DNA from: Octopus vulgaris
Taxonomy: Eukaryota
Assembly: GCA_951406725.2 (NCBI GenBank)
Contig: OX597830.1
Location: 31,372,001 to 31,436,000, forward strand
DNA: 64,000 nt
Reading direction: 5' to 3'
This document shows positions 28,819-44,571 of this stretch, one piece after another (position 1 is the first letter of the stretch; each line of letters starts with the position of its first letter). The translations under genes and the position numbers were made by a program. Below the pieces are notes generated by a model that was not told the origin of the DNA, ran no database searches, and saw only the letters and a program-made list of their open reading frames with translations.

Positions 28819-29298
28819 TTCGACCAATATACTCAACGGTCTGCTCCATGAGGGGAGGATTTAAGTTGAGGGAAATTTGCTTCTGTATCTAGCAGGTCGA
28901 ATGATTACGTAGAGGTTCCTTCCATTCCTAGTTTGCTGTTCTTGTTGTTGTTGGTGTTGTTGATGATGATGATGTGGTAAGAATGTCGTAGAAGGGAGTG
29001 CTGAGTGTTCAATAGGTGTGTAGAGACAGGTGAATGATGTGAGGTGGTAAGAGGCGGGGGGAGAAAGAGATACATAGATAGATGGAGAGAGAATGAGGGA
29101 GAGAGAAAGAGAGGTAGAGGGAGTGGGACAAGATGTTATGCATACGCACACACACACACACAAACACACGCCAGCACGAACACATACATGTTTGTATGTA
29201 CACATGTGTGTGTGTGTGTGTGTGTGTGTTTGCGAGCGTGAGCATATATATGATATATGTGTATGCATATATAGGTATATTTGTGTGGTTATGTATGT

Positions 29299-29398
<100 letters not shown>

Positions 29399-29426
29399 AT
29401 ATATATATATGTATATACGTAAAAAA

Positions 29427-29656
29427 GGCGGCGAGCTGGCAGAAACGTTAGTACGCTGGGCGAAATGCGTAGCTGTATTTCGTCTGCCGTCACGTTCCGA
29501 GTTCAAATTCCGCTGAGGTCGACTTTGCCTTTCATCCTTTCGGGGTCGATAAATTAAGTACCAGTTACACACTGGGGTCGATATAATCGACTTAATCCGT
29601 TTGTCTGTCCTTGTTTGTCCCGTCTGTGTTTAGCCCCTTGTGGGTAGTAAAGAAAT
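29427..29656 (+). mobile_element. SINE family A, full length
   Basis: Near-identical to 19885-20114. Confidence 0.9.
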
Positions 29657-29753
29657 ATATATATGTATGTATGTATATATATATATGTGTGCGTGTATGT
29701 ATATATATATGTATATACATATATATATACATATATATATGTATATGTATATA

Positions 29754-29794
<41 letters not shown>

Positions 29795-29803
29795 ATAGAT
29801 AAA

Positions 29804-29881
<78 letters not shown>

Positions 29882-30335
29882 CGAGCAAGCGAATAAGATA
29901 TGGACATACACATATCCCATTCGCTACATGAATAATGAAAGATGGACCCCCACCACACACACACACCGCAAAAAAAAAAAAAGAAAGGGAAATATCAATT
30001 TGAGAAAATAAGAGAAAAAAAAAACCCAGCAACAAAACTACTAAGTGGACCGACAGAGGAAGCTGAAAGAATTATGTAAAAGCGAATAAATACAGCTTAA
30101 TGTAGTTTATTCACGAAGATTGTTGGTGCTACTGTTTGCAATTGTCATCGATGTCACAGATGCTGTTGATGTTGTTGCTGTTGATATGGTTGTTGTCGTA
30201 TGCTTCGAGTTAGTTTGGATCCGTTGCGTGATTTCGGCGATACGGTGTGAAGGTGGTTGTCAAATAAGGCGACGTTGATAATGACGGACTAAGAACTACA
30301 ACGTGATTTTAAGAAGAAGGCATTGGGGTGAATGT

Positions 30336-30426
<91 letters not shown>

Positions 30427-30624
30427 ATGTATATGTATCTAACGAAGGTAGGTTGGTGATGTATGTTTAATGTCTAAAGTTTTTTGTTTCATTTTTTTTT
30501 TTGCATACAACTGATACACTGTACCAACGACTGGTATCTTTGCGTGTGTGGCATATATGTATATTTGTGTGTGTGTATATTCTATCTCATTCCCTTTCTT
30601 TCTTTCTCTCTCTCTCTATTTATA

Positions 30625-30678
<54 letters not shown>

Positions 30679-31014
30679 CATATCTATCTATCTCTATACT
30701 AATTTGTCTGCTTATTTCGCTTTTCTATCTACCTACCTACATAGGTGTACCTGGTAGACGGTCAAAATTTTCATTCAATACCTAAATGTAGTCCTTTTGC
30801 GCACTGAGTTCAAATCCTCCCTCGTGTACCACATCATTTATTAACTAGTTCAACATCATGTGCACATCCAGAAGTTAAAAGTGTGCCCCAGTATTTATTA
30901 GTGTGCAAGTTGTGACTTGATCCGTGATTTGCTATGAGATCTGTGTCACTATGCCTCTCGCAAGAGTCCTGCGGCACACATAGGAACGCTTGCTGATGCA
31001 TATATTGTACAAGA

Positions 31015-31097
<83 letters not shown>

Positions 31098-31101
<4 letters not shown>

Positions 31102-31263
31102 TAATCCAAACGGGAAAACAGAAAAAACAACAACACGTGGAACAATTAAAGTATTATTATTAGGCGCTCAGGAAAAAAGGGAAGAAGGAGGGTATGACGT
31201 TTCGAGCGGAGCTCTTCGTTGGAAACATAAGAGAAGGAAGAAAGATCCCGAGGTGGGCGAACG
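31098..31263 (-). mobile_element. Family C short element, hammerhead core mutated (CCAACGA) at 31192-31226
   Basis: Homologous to the 27158 copy; abuts a long (TA)n. Confidence 0.72.
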
Positions 31264-31267
31264 GACT

Positions 31268-31479
31268 CTATTGCCCACAGTGGGATAAACACAGAGAGGA
31301 CAAACAAAGGGATTAATTCGATTGCATCGACCCAAGTGTGTAACTGGTACTTAATTTATCGACCCCGAAAGGATGAAAGGCAAAGTCGACCTCGGTGGAA
31401 TTTGAACTCACAACGTAACGAAACGAAATACCGCTTAGCATTTCGCCCGGCGTGCTAACGTTTCTGCCAGCACGCCGCC
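31268..31479 (-). mobile_element. SINE family A
   Basis: Reverse-complement homology to family A. Confidence 0.85.
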
Positions 31480-31499
31480 TTAGGGTACATATATATACG

Positions 31500-31642
31500 T
31501 GCAAGAGGGGCTGTGTGGCAAGAAGCTTGTTTCTCAACCAGATGGTTCCGGGTTCAGACCCACTGCGGGGAACCTTAGGCAGGCCGATCAAAGCCTTGTA
31601 AGTGGATTTGGTAGACGGAAACTGAAAGAAGCCTGTCGTATA

Positions 31643-31696
<54 letters not shown>

Positions 31697-31885
31697 AATA
31701 CATATATATATATATATATATACGTATGTGTGTATTTATGTGCCTGTGTTTGTCCGTCCCACTATCGATTGACAGCCGACGTTGGTGTATTTATATCCCC
31801 GTTTCTTAAAATAAGAATAAGTCCTATCGACGAAAGGCGGTGCTCCAGCATGACTGCAATCAAATGACTGAAACTAGTAAAAAAA
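31500..31885 (+). mobile_element. SINE family B with internal deletions
   Basis: Homology to family B. Confidence 0.8.
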
Positions 31886-32088
31886 AATGCATACACACAT
31901 ATATAAATCTACTTGTATTTAAAAGCATGCGGTGCCGTCTTAAGGCAGGGGCACTCTCGGCAGTTGACCAGGGTGGAGGACAACCACACATCTAAGGACC
32001 CATTTTGATCAATGTTTGCTGTGGTTTGCTCGCAGTACCATTATGCTGGTCTGTACGTACGTGTATATATATATATATATACATACAA

Positions 32089-32135
<47 letters not shown>

Positions 32136-32159
32136 GTAATATTGCTTCCCAACGTGGAG

Positions 32160-32335
32160 TGGGGTTTGGTCGATTACATCGACCCCACAGTGTTTAACTG
32201 GTACTTATTTTGTCGACGCTGGAAGGTATAACAGGTAATGTCGACTTCCACGGAGTTTGAACTCAGAACATAAAGACGGACGACATACCACTAAACATTG
32301 TGTCCGGCGTGCTAACGATCCAGACAACTCACTGC
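32160..32335 (-). mobile_element. Diverged SINE family A-related copy
   Basis: GTCGATTACATCGACCCC...TTTGAACTCAGAAC...CCGGCGTGCTAACG. Confidence 0.7.
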
Positions 32336-32450
32336 TTTATATATATACATTAATGTTCAAATATATATATATATATATATAAATATACATCTTTGCATGT
32401 ATGTATGTGTGTATGCAGGTGTACGTATACATACATACACACATACATAC

Positions 32451-32500
<50 letters not shown>

Positions 32501-32653
32501 ACGTATTTATAGATATATACATACACACACATGCACGTAATTACATGTACATGTATATACGCACGTATTCATATACGGTGGACAAATCGATATGTGTATG
32601 TATGTATGTACATATGCATCTATCCGTGTATCTATCTATCCATCTATCTATCC

Positions 32654-32715
<62 letters not shown>

Positions 32716-32761
32716 CCATCCATCCATCCATCTATCTATCTGTCTATCTATCTATCTATCT

Positions 32762-32985
32762 GGCGAGCTGGCAGAAACGTTAGCACGCCGGGCTAACTGC
32801 GTAGCAGTATTTCGTCTGTCGTTACGTTCCGAGTTCAAATTCCGCCGAGGTCGACTTTGCCTTTCATCCTTTCGGGGTCGATAAATTAAGTACCAGTTAC
32901 GCACTGGGGTCGATGTAATCGACTTAATCCGTTTGTCTGTCCTTGTTTGTCCCCTCTGTGTTTAGCCCCTATGGGTAGTAAAGAA

Positions 32986-32987
<2 letters not shown>
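32762..32987 (+). mobile_element. SINE family A, full length, inside (TATC)n
   Basis: Near-identical to 19885-20114. Confidence 0.9.
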
Positions 32988-33064
<77 letters not shown>

Positions 33065-33131
33065 AATGAGTCGCGTTGTTTGTCTATGTATTTATATAAA
33101 TCTATCATTTATTAGTCAACACACATACACA

Positions 33132-33200
<69 letters not shown>

Positions 33201-33544
33201 CGAATTTACTCACTCCTCAATTTTATGCTCATTCGTCTGTCCATGTCTATCTGTCTGCCTAGTTCTCCACAATCCACCTTGTCTGTCTGATATGTGCGTG
33301 TGCGTGCGTGCGTATGTGTGGGTGTGTGTGTGTGTGTATGTGTATGTTTATGTGTGTGTGCGTGTGTGTGACAGACAGTCAGTTTAACATTCCGACTGTC
33401 TGACCCACCCAATAACACACCCAAACACCTAGCCACCCACCTACAACCTAAGTCATTCAGTCTATTTATCGGCATCATCTGCCTGCTTATCTCATGTTAT
33501 ATCATCGTGTGTGGATGTCTTCATACTATCTTTCTCTCTTTCTT

Positions 33545-33597
<53 letters not shown>

Positions 33598-33626
33598 TAT
33601 CTTTTCATTCGCTCTTTCTTTCTCTC

Positions 33627-33666
<40 letters not shown>

Positions 33667-33891
33667 TCCTCTCTTTCCTATTCTGTTCAGTTGTCTGTTT
33701 CTGAATTACTCTATTTACCTGTCTGTCAATCAACATCTCGTCTATCTGTCTGTCTGTCTCTCTCCGTCTCTCTCTCTCTCTCTCCCTCTCTCTTTCACTC
33801 TTCCTCCCTCTTTCTCACTCTTCCTCACTCTTCCTTCTTTTCCCCGTCTCTCTATCTACCTGTCTGTCGTTTTATCTGTCTGTCTATCTAG

Positions 33892-33965
<74 letters not shown>

Positions 33966-34213
33966 TTGTCTGTCTATCTGCCTGCCTCTGTGAGTGTTTG
34001 TCTTTCTCTCTTCTTCACTTTCTCTCTTCTTCACTCCAGCTCCTCACTTCCTCTTGCTCTTCCTCTTCCTCCTTTCACTGTCAGTCAGTCAGTCTGTCTA
34101 TTCTCATCTTATCAGTAAGTTTCTCTGATTTCAAAACTTCTTTCTAATCATCCCAATTATCCATTTGAAAGACCCACAGTCTCTCATTAAACATATGCAA
34201 TTATCTGTCTGTC

Positions 34214-34330
<117 letters not shown>

Positions 34331-34385
34331 GTATATATATATATATTTATATATATATATATATATATATACATATCTATATCTA

Positions 34386-34500
<115 letters not shown>

Positions 34501-34682
34501 TTACATAAACGCACACATATGTGTGTGAATGTGTGTATGCACACACACATATATATATACACACAAATATAAATACATGTTTTCCTTTGCATGTGTGTTC
34601 ACATAGATGCATAGATATAGATATGAATCTATCTTTATATTTAACTCTTCTAACTGGCCGTGCGTGAGTGTGTGTGTGTGAG

Positions 34683-34739
<57 letters not shown>

Positions 34740-34853
34740 TATGTATGTGTAAATACAAGTAAAAAAATACAAATAATTCATATCTGTGACGGAGGTAGAA
34801 TTGGTGCCACCCGAACCGGCCTTCAGTTTGCTCTTTGTCGTAATACAGAGATT

Positions 34854-34911
<58 letters not shown>

Positions 34912-34913
<2 letters not shown>

Positions 34914-35118
34914 GTTAATCCAAACAAGAAAACACAAAAAAACACAACAACGCGAGGACGTGGAACAAATAAAGTATTATTGGACGCTCAGGAAAGAAGG
35001 AAAGAAGGAGGGCTTAACGTTTCGAGCGGAGCTCTTCGTCGGAAACATAGGAGTAGGAAAGATCCCGAGAAGGGAAGACAGAGAAAAAAAATCGCCAATG
35101 GTACACACAAGGTCACAC
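34912..35118 (-). mobile_element. Family C short element with hammerhead motif at 35012-35046
   Basis: Homologous to the 23339 and 55556 copies; (TA)n on both sides. Confidence 0.75.
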
Positions 35119-35254
35119 ATATATATATATATATATGCATATATAGAAAATAAGTAAACTCGTGGTTGTCTTAGCAAAAGGATATGTCCCCTACTTCCCT
35201 ATTCAGGTGAGTGGTTCTAATCTGGCGGGATTGTGGGTGCTGGTACCATATAAA

Positions 35255-35413
35255 AAATGCACCCGTGCTTGTGCTGCCTAAAAATACCCAGTACTCTGTG
35301 TTAAGTGGTTGGCGTTAGAAAGGGCATCCTGCAGTAGATGCCATGCCATGCCAAAAGTAGACATGAAACCGAGGCAGCTCTTCTTGCTGATCAACCCCTG
35401 CTAGCATGGAAAA
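35255..35413 (+). mobile_element. 3' part of a further SINE-like repeat
   Basis: GTGGTTGGCGTTAGAAAGGGCATCC...GCTAGCATGGAAAA, a motif recalled from invertebrate SINEs; single copy here. Confidence 0.45.
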
Positions 35414-35427
35414 CATACATACATACA

Positions 35428-35537
<110 letters not shown>

Positions 35538-35542
35538 TATAT

Positions 35543-35702
35543 ACGATGGACTTGTTTTAGTTTCCGCCTACCAAATCCATCCACAAGGCTTTGGTCGGCC
35601 CGAGGCTATAGTAGAAGACACTTGCCCAAGGTGTCACGCAGTGGGACTGAAGCCGGAACCATGTGGTTGGTAAGCAAGCTACACACAGCCACTCCTGCGC
35701 CT
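35543..35702 (-). mobile_element. SINE family B, 5' half
   Basis: Homology to family B. Confidence 0.85.
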
Positions 35703-35939
35703 ATGGTACGTATACACACACACATACACACACATATAGTAACATCATTATCATCGTAACCACTATTAGCACCATAATTACCTCCACCACCATCACCATC
35801 ATCATCATCCACACACATCTCACACCACTCTCTTCACTGCCAATCTAGACCCTTACCTCTTCTCTTTCCCGTTTCCACATCTGACCGTTACTCTTCAACG
35901 CTGCCAGACTTACTGGATTTAATAACGTCTTCCTCCATG

Positions 35940-36240
35940 TAAGAGATTGTTCTCACTTGCATCTCCACGAACTTCGCTTAATGTTTATAATATCTGCTAT
36001 GCAGATTGCTAGGTTAAGCACAAAGGGATCGGAAACTAACGTCTAGATTCACTGAGCATCTCCAGTGACATCTTCAGGAGATGTCAGATTTAACCATACC
36101 ACATCAACAGTTGATCACGACTTCAGCTCAGCAGGCCATAACTCAGGATCCCACGACTAGCCGATTTCCTGTCATGCACTTCACACGTGATCTGCTGTCT
36201 CTCATCTCCGACACGAACGACATCTTATCTTCTAATAGGG
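35940..36240 (+). pseudogene. Decayed Penelope-like GIY-YIG endonuclease fragment (second lineage)
   Basis: LTCISTN (35952), RKLTSRFTEHL (FTEHL at 36048), VDHDFSSAGHN (36110) and RHERHLIF resemble FTCxSxN...RFxEHL...VxxHF...GH...LIF. Confidence 0.62.
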
Positions 36241-36688
36241 AGCAATCTGAGCATAGGAATGATATCGATGTCTCAAGAGTTTGTAGCTGCCTACGTTCAC
36301 ATTCGTATGCTAAAAAAACGCGCGCACGTACGTACGACAATTCTCTGAATGTATGCATACATTACAAACTCGCATACAACATCTGTATGTATATTTGTAT
36401 GTATGCATGCACGTATATATGTATATTACTCTGGAGATTATTTTCTTTACCCTTTGCAGAATTCAAGTAGGTCTCTAACAAAGTAGCAAGGCTGTTTTAT
36501 TTCAGACTAGATAAGCTCTTGGATTTTGTCGTTAGCTTAATTGGTTAATCCATGCTACATGAGTGCGTACTGTATGTATGTGTGCTCGCATGGATAAACT
36601 TATACTCTGGGGGGCCCATGTCACCATAGAGCATGTGTTTCATTACTGCGTATGTCTGCGTGTTCATATACATCCCATATGTATACAC

Positions 36689-36859
36689 TAGTGTAGCTCG
36701 AAAGAGGCAGCAGGTATAGTCTACCCTGGATGGCACTTTTGATGGGGCGACACTTTTCATCCTGTTATAGGCTATTGTTGTAGGCAATATATGTTTTTGT
36801 GTGGTCCGGGGACCGCAAACGGAAGGGCTACCTCGGCGGCACATACTCTAGCTACACTA
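36689..36859. mobile_element. Small degenerate hAT-like MITE
   Basis: Terminal IR TAGTGTAGCT/AGCTACACTA; flanking 8-mers GTATACAC and GTCTATGC match at 5/8 positions. Confidence 0.45.
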
Positions 36860-37331
36860 GTCTATGCATATGTAATTGTGAGCATCTGTTTACCTGGGTA
36901 CCCGAATGGAGAAACCCTCAAACGTTTTACGAATTGTCGCCGTTCCTTTGAACAATTGCAACTGGAAAATGCAAATCAGTGGGTTTCGTTCTTATCAGGA
37001 GAATCCAAGCACATTTAGGATTACATAGCCCACTGCACCAGTGATAATCAGAAACATATAAAAATCTATAGCTTACTATAAGACCCGTAGGGTTTCTTAT
37101 CAGTTCCTCATAGATATTCTTCTTTTCTCCAGGTTTTGAAGATATTCATGTCCATCAGGGTGCTAATCTCTACAACAGAGCACAAATTTGGCTTCCTGTC
37201 CCATACGACTATACTGGCCTGTTGTCCTTGCAGCAGGTTGCTGTTTTTATTGGAATGTTCCACGTGTATTCTTTATCTTTAAAGATCTGTATGCATTCAT
37301 GTATGTATATATGTATGTGTGTACGTATGTG

Positions 37332-37408
<77 letters not shown>

Positions 37409-37844
37409 ATATATATATATATTGTACACACACGCGCATACACACACATATATCAACGTATATGCTCTTAGGTAAGTAGTTGTACATAAAACATTCTCCT
37501 AATAAACTAGATAAAAAGAGGATTATTTATATATGTTATAATTTAGAACAAACAGTAAGTTGTCATTATAGTACTCGGAGTTTCGAATGTCGGAGTGAAG
37601 AGCTACCATGCATTCTCGTCGGCTATTAATGTGTGTGTGTGTGTGTATATATAGATTTATGTATATATATATGCATATATATATGTATATATATATGTAT
37701 ATACACATTTATATATTTATGTATATATATATATTTATATATATACACACACTTATATAATACACATGCCTACACACACACACACACATATATATGTATG
37801 CATGTATGGAGTATGTGTGTATATATTCATCTATATCTATCTAG

Positions 37845-37893
<49 letters not shown>

Positions 37894-38183
37894 CATAATA
37901 TAACTTATATTGAAATATGTATGTGTAAATAAATATATATATATATATATATAAATATAAATATAAATTTGATATAAATATATATATATATATAAATATA
38001 AATAAAAATATAAATATAAAAATAAATATATATATATATATATAAATATAAATATAATGGCGGTGCCCCAGCATATAACTATAAATATATATATATTTAT
38101 ATTTCCTGAGCGCCATACTAATACAATTGTTCGTTTGTTTTCCACCTGCCTTCGTCTTTTGTCTATTTTCATAAAGCTTCCCG

Positions 38184-38241
<58 letters not shown>

Positions 38242-38327
38242 ATATGTATATTTCGTTTTTCTTGTTTCAGCTCAGAGCTGCGGCCATGCTGATGCACCGC
38301 CGTTGATATGTTCATGAATATATATAT

Positions 38328-38473
<146 letters not shown>

Positions 38474-38814
38474 TGTATATTTGGGTACATATATATGCAT
38501 ATGTGGGTATATGTGGGTATAGGACGTTACCAACGGTTCAAACAACATGGAATATTTAAACAACGAGGAAAAGAATGTAGAACAGGAGAAGTAAACACAG
38601 AGAAATGACCTTTCATCAGTTGTCGGCTGTCTCTCTTACTCCTCATTTCGAGCACAAACATATATATGCTTGTGTGTGTGTGTGTTTGTGTGTGTGTGTG
38701 CGTGTGAGTGTGTGTGTATGGGAGGTGAGTGTGTTACATTTATGAAAGTTTTTTGCTTATGTTTTCATGTTACAATTTTGTCTTAATACATTTCTATTCC
38801 TATCTTGACTACTA

Positions 38815-39025
38815 GGCGGCAAGCTGGCTGAATCGTTAGCATACGGGGCAAATTACTTAGCGGCATTTCGTTCGATTTTTATGTTTTGAGTTCTAATTTC
38901 ATCGAAGTCGACGTTGCGATTTATTCATTCGGGATCGATAAAATAAGTTCCAGTTTACCTCTGAGATTGATGTTATCGGTTTAAACCCGTCCCCGAAATT
39001 GTTGGCCTTTGTGCTAAATTTGAAA
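38815..39025 (+). mobile_element. Diverged SINE family A-related copy
   Basis: GGCGGCAAGCTGGCTGAATCGTTAGC...GATCGATAAAATAAGT. Confidence 0.7.
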
Positions 39026-39050
39026 CCATCATCTTATTAACAATCTGTTT

Positions 39051-39101
<51 letters not shown>

Positions 39102-39174
39102 ATATTTATGTGTGTGTGTTAATATATGTATATATATATATATATTCAGAAATATATAATTATCAAATGTGTGC

Positions 39175-39510
39175 AAGCGTGACTGTGTGTCAAGAAGTTT
39201 CCGAGTTCAGCCCCACTGCGTGTCACCATGGGCAAGTGTCTTCTACTATAGCCTCGGGAAACTGAAAAGAAGCCTGTCGTTCATATATCTGCGTATGTGT
39301 GTTTGTGAGTGTGTGTTCATATTTGTCTCCCGACACCGTTTAACAATCGGTGTTGTTTTGTTTACGTTTGGTGATTCGGCGAAACTGACCGATTATAATA
39401 AGTACCAGACTTCATATATAAGTCGTAGGGTCGTTTCGTTCGACTAGAATCCATCAAGGTGGTGCCCCAGCATGGTCCCAGTTCAGTAACTGAAAGAAGT
39501 AGCAGCTAAA
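39175..39510 (+). mobile_element. SINE family B, diverged
   Basis: GGGCAAGTGTCTTCTACTATAGCCTCGGG...GGTGCCCCAGCATGG. Confidence 0.75.
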
Positions 39511-40013
39511 AGGTATAATGTGAGAATATTCGTTGTCGAAAACTAGAACAATCAATAGCGGTAATCCTGTTCAATTCTTCCGGCATACATATCCAACTGC
39601 ACAGTATACAACTCTTCCGCCATACATATTCTTCCGGCATATATATATATATTTATATCCAACAGCATTTTAAAGAACAGAGAAGCTGACCAGCTATCCT
39701 CGACTCCCTGAGCCATGGCAATTAACGAGGAGCCAAATGGTCGGGAATGTTTAAGGGACAAAGTGAGGAGGTGTGTAATGTCTGTGGGACGGAGTTGAGA
39801 ATATGAGGGAGGAAGAGAGAAAAAGTGTGGGTGAGACAGACATTAAGAAGCTTAACTAATCTTCGTTAGTAAGCTGGTTTATAGTCATTTCAGAAGGAAA
39901 TTTAAATTAACACACATATATACACACAGGTACACACACGCGAAGACATGTGTGTATGTATGTATATACGTGCGCGCGCGTGTATCTGTGTGTCAGTTTG
40001 TCTGTCTGTCTTC

Positions 40014-40078
<65 letters not shown>

Positions 40079-40079
40079 A

Positions 40080-40115
<36 letters not shown>

Positions 40116-40143
40116 GATAGATAGATGTGTGTATCTGTATAAG

Positions 40144-40186
<43 letters not shown>

Positions 40187-40369
40187 ATGTGTGTGTGTGT
40201 GTGTGCGTGTATGTATGTATGTATGTATGTATGTATGTATGTCTGTATTGATAGATTGATATTCACATATATGTATTAATACATACGTATACTTATGTAT
40301 ATTAAGACTTGCAATTCACAGCAATATACATCAATACTTTTATCTAAATTTGCATCTATATATTTAGAG

Positions 40370-40411
<42 letters not shown>

Positions 40412-40622
40412 GCATGTATGCATATATGTGTATGTATGTATGTATATATATACAAAGGAAATCACATCTTTTTCTATACAGGCAATCAATAATACATGAA
40501 TATAGGCAATGGTGCATATTTTGAGAATGAAAACAGGTGAAAGTGACTCCGAAGTTTCGCCATTAATCGTCCTTCTCGGTCATTTATATATCGATATATG
40601 CATTCAGTTATGTTTGTGTTTG

Positions 40623-40845
40623 TGTATGTATGTATGTATGTATGTATGTATGTATGTATGTATGTATGTATGTATGTATGTATGTATGTATGTATGTATG
40701 TATGTATGTATGTATGTATGTATGTATGTATGTATGTATGTATGTATGTGTGTATGTATGTATGTATGTATGTATGTATGTATGTATGTATGTATGTATG
40801 TATGTATGTATGTATGTATGTATGTATGTATGTATGTATGTATGT
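40623..40845 (+). repeat. (TATG)n microsatellite
   Basis: Direct reading; representative of many TA, CA, GA, TATC and CATA tracts across the window that are not listed individually. Confidence 0.95.
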
Positions 40846-41321
40846 GTGTTTGTATGTATGTGTGTTTGTATGTATGCAGGTATGTGTAAATGTATATATG
40901 TGTATATATATATAATACATATATTTCTATGCAACGGGTCGTTAAGCTATTTCTCAAATCAGGACTCAAAGAAGTGAGAGAGAATAGATACAACATAACA
41001 TAAAATATGGTGCAAGTTTATATAAATACATATATCATTGATAATTTATTGTTAATTAGTAATATGCAATCATGCAGACACACATGGAGCAGTTCATTTG
41101 TACCTGCTCTCTTGTCTCCTACAAACAACGATACATTCTTACTACATTACATACATACATACATACATACATGCATACATACATACATGCATACATACAT
41201 ACATACTCAAACCCACTCCTACAGCTACTCTTAATTCAGTGTGTGTGTATATATATATATAAATATATATATTTATATATATACACACACACACATGTAT
41301 ATGTATATATATAAATATGTA

Positions 41322-41378
<57 letters not shown>

Positions 41379-41581
41379 GTATATGTGTATATATAAATAT
41401 GTATGCATACACACACACACACATATATATATGTATATGTGTCTGAGTGTGTGTGTGTGTATACATCTTTTTCTCCCTCTCTCTGCCTCTGTCTCTCTCT
41501 ATATGCATACATACATACATACATACATACATACAGAATACATACGGAATATATAAAACATATATAATGCATACATACATG

Positions 41582-41614
<33 letters not shown>

Positions 41615-42249
41615 ATATACATTTATATGTCTTATCTAGTTTATTTCAACTTTCTTCCTCAATCTCAGTCGCTTTCTTTCTCTCCCACCCTCTCCCTCTC
41701 TCTGTTTCTCCCAGTCTTTCTCTCTTCCCCTCTCTAGTTTTATCTATCGCTCACCCTTCCACCCTTCCATTTCTACACCTCCTCATACTTGTACCCTCTC
41801 TATCTACCACCCGCTTTGAATCTCCTATATTCTTCAGTACGTCTTGTACTCTTAATCTTTGTGTGCCACATACATATCCATCAATCTATACACATACATA
41901 CATACATACATGCATACATACATACATACATGCATACATACATACATACATGCATGCATACATGCATGCATGCATACATACACACATACATACATACATA
42001 CATACATACACATACATACATACATACATGCATACATGCATACATACATACATACATACATGCATGCATGCATACATGCATACATACATGCATGCATACA
42101 TACATACATACACACGTACATACATACATACATAGGTACATACATGCATGCATACATACATACATACATACATACATACATACATACATACATACATACA
42201 TGCATGCATGGAGCACCACCTTAAGGTATACACACACATATGAATATGT

Positions 42250-42308
<59 letters not shown>

Positions 42309-42522
42309 TGTATCTCCCTCCCTCTCTGTATATATATGTGTGTATGATGGTCACTCCGGTCGAATGATTAAAGAAGAGAATTTATAGAAAAAAGAAATAA
42401 AAGAGAATATATATACATATATATATATATATATATGCATATATTTATATATACGTATGCACACACATACCTATATATGTATATATACACACACACACGC
42501 ACACACATACACACACAAATTC

Positions 42523-42566
<44 letters not shown>

Positions 42567-42590
42567 GTATATATATATATATATATATAC

Positions 42591-42631
<41 letters not shown>

Positions 42632-42746
42632 AATATATATTTCAAATCTCCAGTTTGTCTCGCTCTTTCTCGTTTATTTCAATCAGTTTCTCTCTCTCTC
42701 TCTCTCTCCCTCTCTTCCCCCACGTACACAAGACAGACGCACACGC

Positions 42747-42777
<31 letters not shown>

Positions 42778-42897
42778 CACACACACACGCAGATACAACA
42801 TACGAAAAATTACACAGGCTTACACTCACTAACTCTCGCTTACATATACACAATCTCCCTCTCTCGCTCTCTCTCTCTCCCTGTCACCCACGTTATA

Positions 42898-42955
<58 letters not shown>

Positions 42956-43139
42956 TCTCACACGCACACACATACACACGGGGATACCTATGCTCACACA
43001 CATACACACATGTAATTGTGCAGTTCCCTGACAGTTCTCCGTCTACTCCTGCAGTTTCTTGTTTTTTCACTGCTCTCTTTTTATATTTCAGTATTATTCT
43101 TTCTCTTTCAAATCTAATATCATTCCTTGTTTATATGTT

Positions 43140-43190
<51 letters not shown>

Positions 43191-43406
43191 GTGTGTGTGG
43201 CGGGGTGATAGTTACTTAAATTCACACACACACACACACACATACATATACACACATACGCGTGCACATATATATGTAAACACGTTCTCTGTTGCACATA
43301 CGTACACGATTTATATACACATGTCCGTTTATATATTATATACGCACAACGTTGTATATATATTTTCCCCTTTATCCTCACTGTCACTGTTTCGCTTGTG
43401 CTCAAC

Positions 43407-43455
<49 letters not shown>

Positions 43456-43476
43456 AACACACACACACCACACACG

Positions 43477-43550
43477 CACATGTACACACGTGCACATGTA
43501 CACACGTGCACATGTACACACGTGCACATGTACACACGTGCACATGTACA
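43477..43550 (+). repeat. 16-bp minisatellite (CACATGTACACACGTG)n
   Basis: About 4.5 perfect tandem units. Confidence 0.9.
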
Positions 43551-43663
43551 CATATTTATGCGTGTATATATATATATATATATATATGCATACAAATGCA
43601 AACGCACTCTACCATATCACAACGCATTTATGTCTACACACACATATATAAACATATATATAC

Positions 43664-43707
<44 letters not shown>

Positions 43708-43992
43708 ATATATATTTATATATATCTACATATATGTACATATATGCACACCCACCCGAGCGCATAAATTGCAATATACCTCTATATATTTTTCAGTCCC
43801 TTAATTTCTCTCTACTTTTTACCTATGTTTGAATATTTGACTTCCAAATATTTATTTTCCCAATTTTTCATATATTTTTCTTTTTTTTTACCTTTCTATC
43901 TACACACATAGCTTGTACTATTACACGCTCTCTCACCTACACACATGGTACACACACACATATATATATACAGACACAGCATCAATTCTGTG

Positions 43993-44030
<38 letters not shown>

Positions 44031-44241
44031 ACACAAAGTCGCCATTACCTATTTCATACAAACATACATACATACATATACAACATTACTTATTTCTCTG
44101 TTTCTCTTTCAAATTTTTTCTTAATTGTATCATCTCTATATCTCTTTCTTAATTTCTTATATTTTTCCTTCAAATACTTATTCTCAAATTTCATTCTCTC
44201 TCCTGAAATCTCACTCATTCATTTACTCCCCTCTCTCTCTT

Positions 44242-44294
<53 letters not shown>

Positions 44295-44340
44295 TACATA
44301 CATACATACATACACATGCACACATATACATACATACACA

Positions 44341-44571
44341 CACTCAAAGTGTCGTCTGCTCTCGAACTCCACTCATCTCATCCTCTCAAGCACTCCTCCA
44401 TAGAATGTAGACTCACCTACTTCTTACACACACATACATACATACATACATACATATACGCATACACATATACATATACATACACACACTCAAAGTGTCG
44501 TCTGCTCTCGAACTCCACTCATCTCATCCTCTCAAGCACTCCTCCATAGAATGTAGACTCACCTACTTCTT
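44341..44571 (+). repeat. Exact 85-bp direct duplication (44341-44425, 44487-44571)
   Basis: CACTCAAAGTGTCGTCTGCTCTCG...CACCTACTTCTT occurs twice, separated by a CA/TA microsatellite. Confidence 0.95.
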
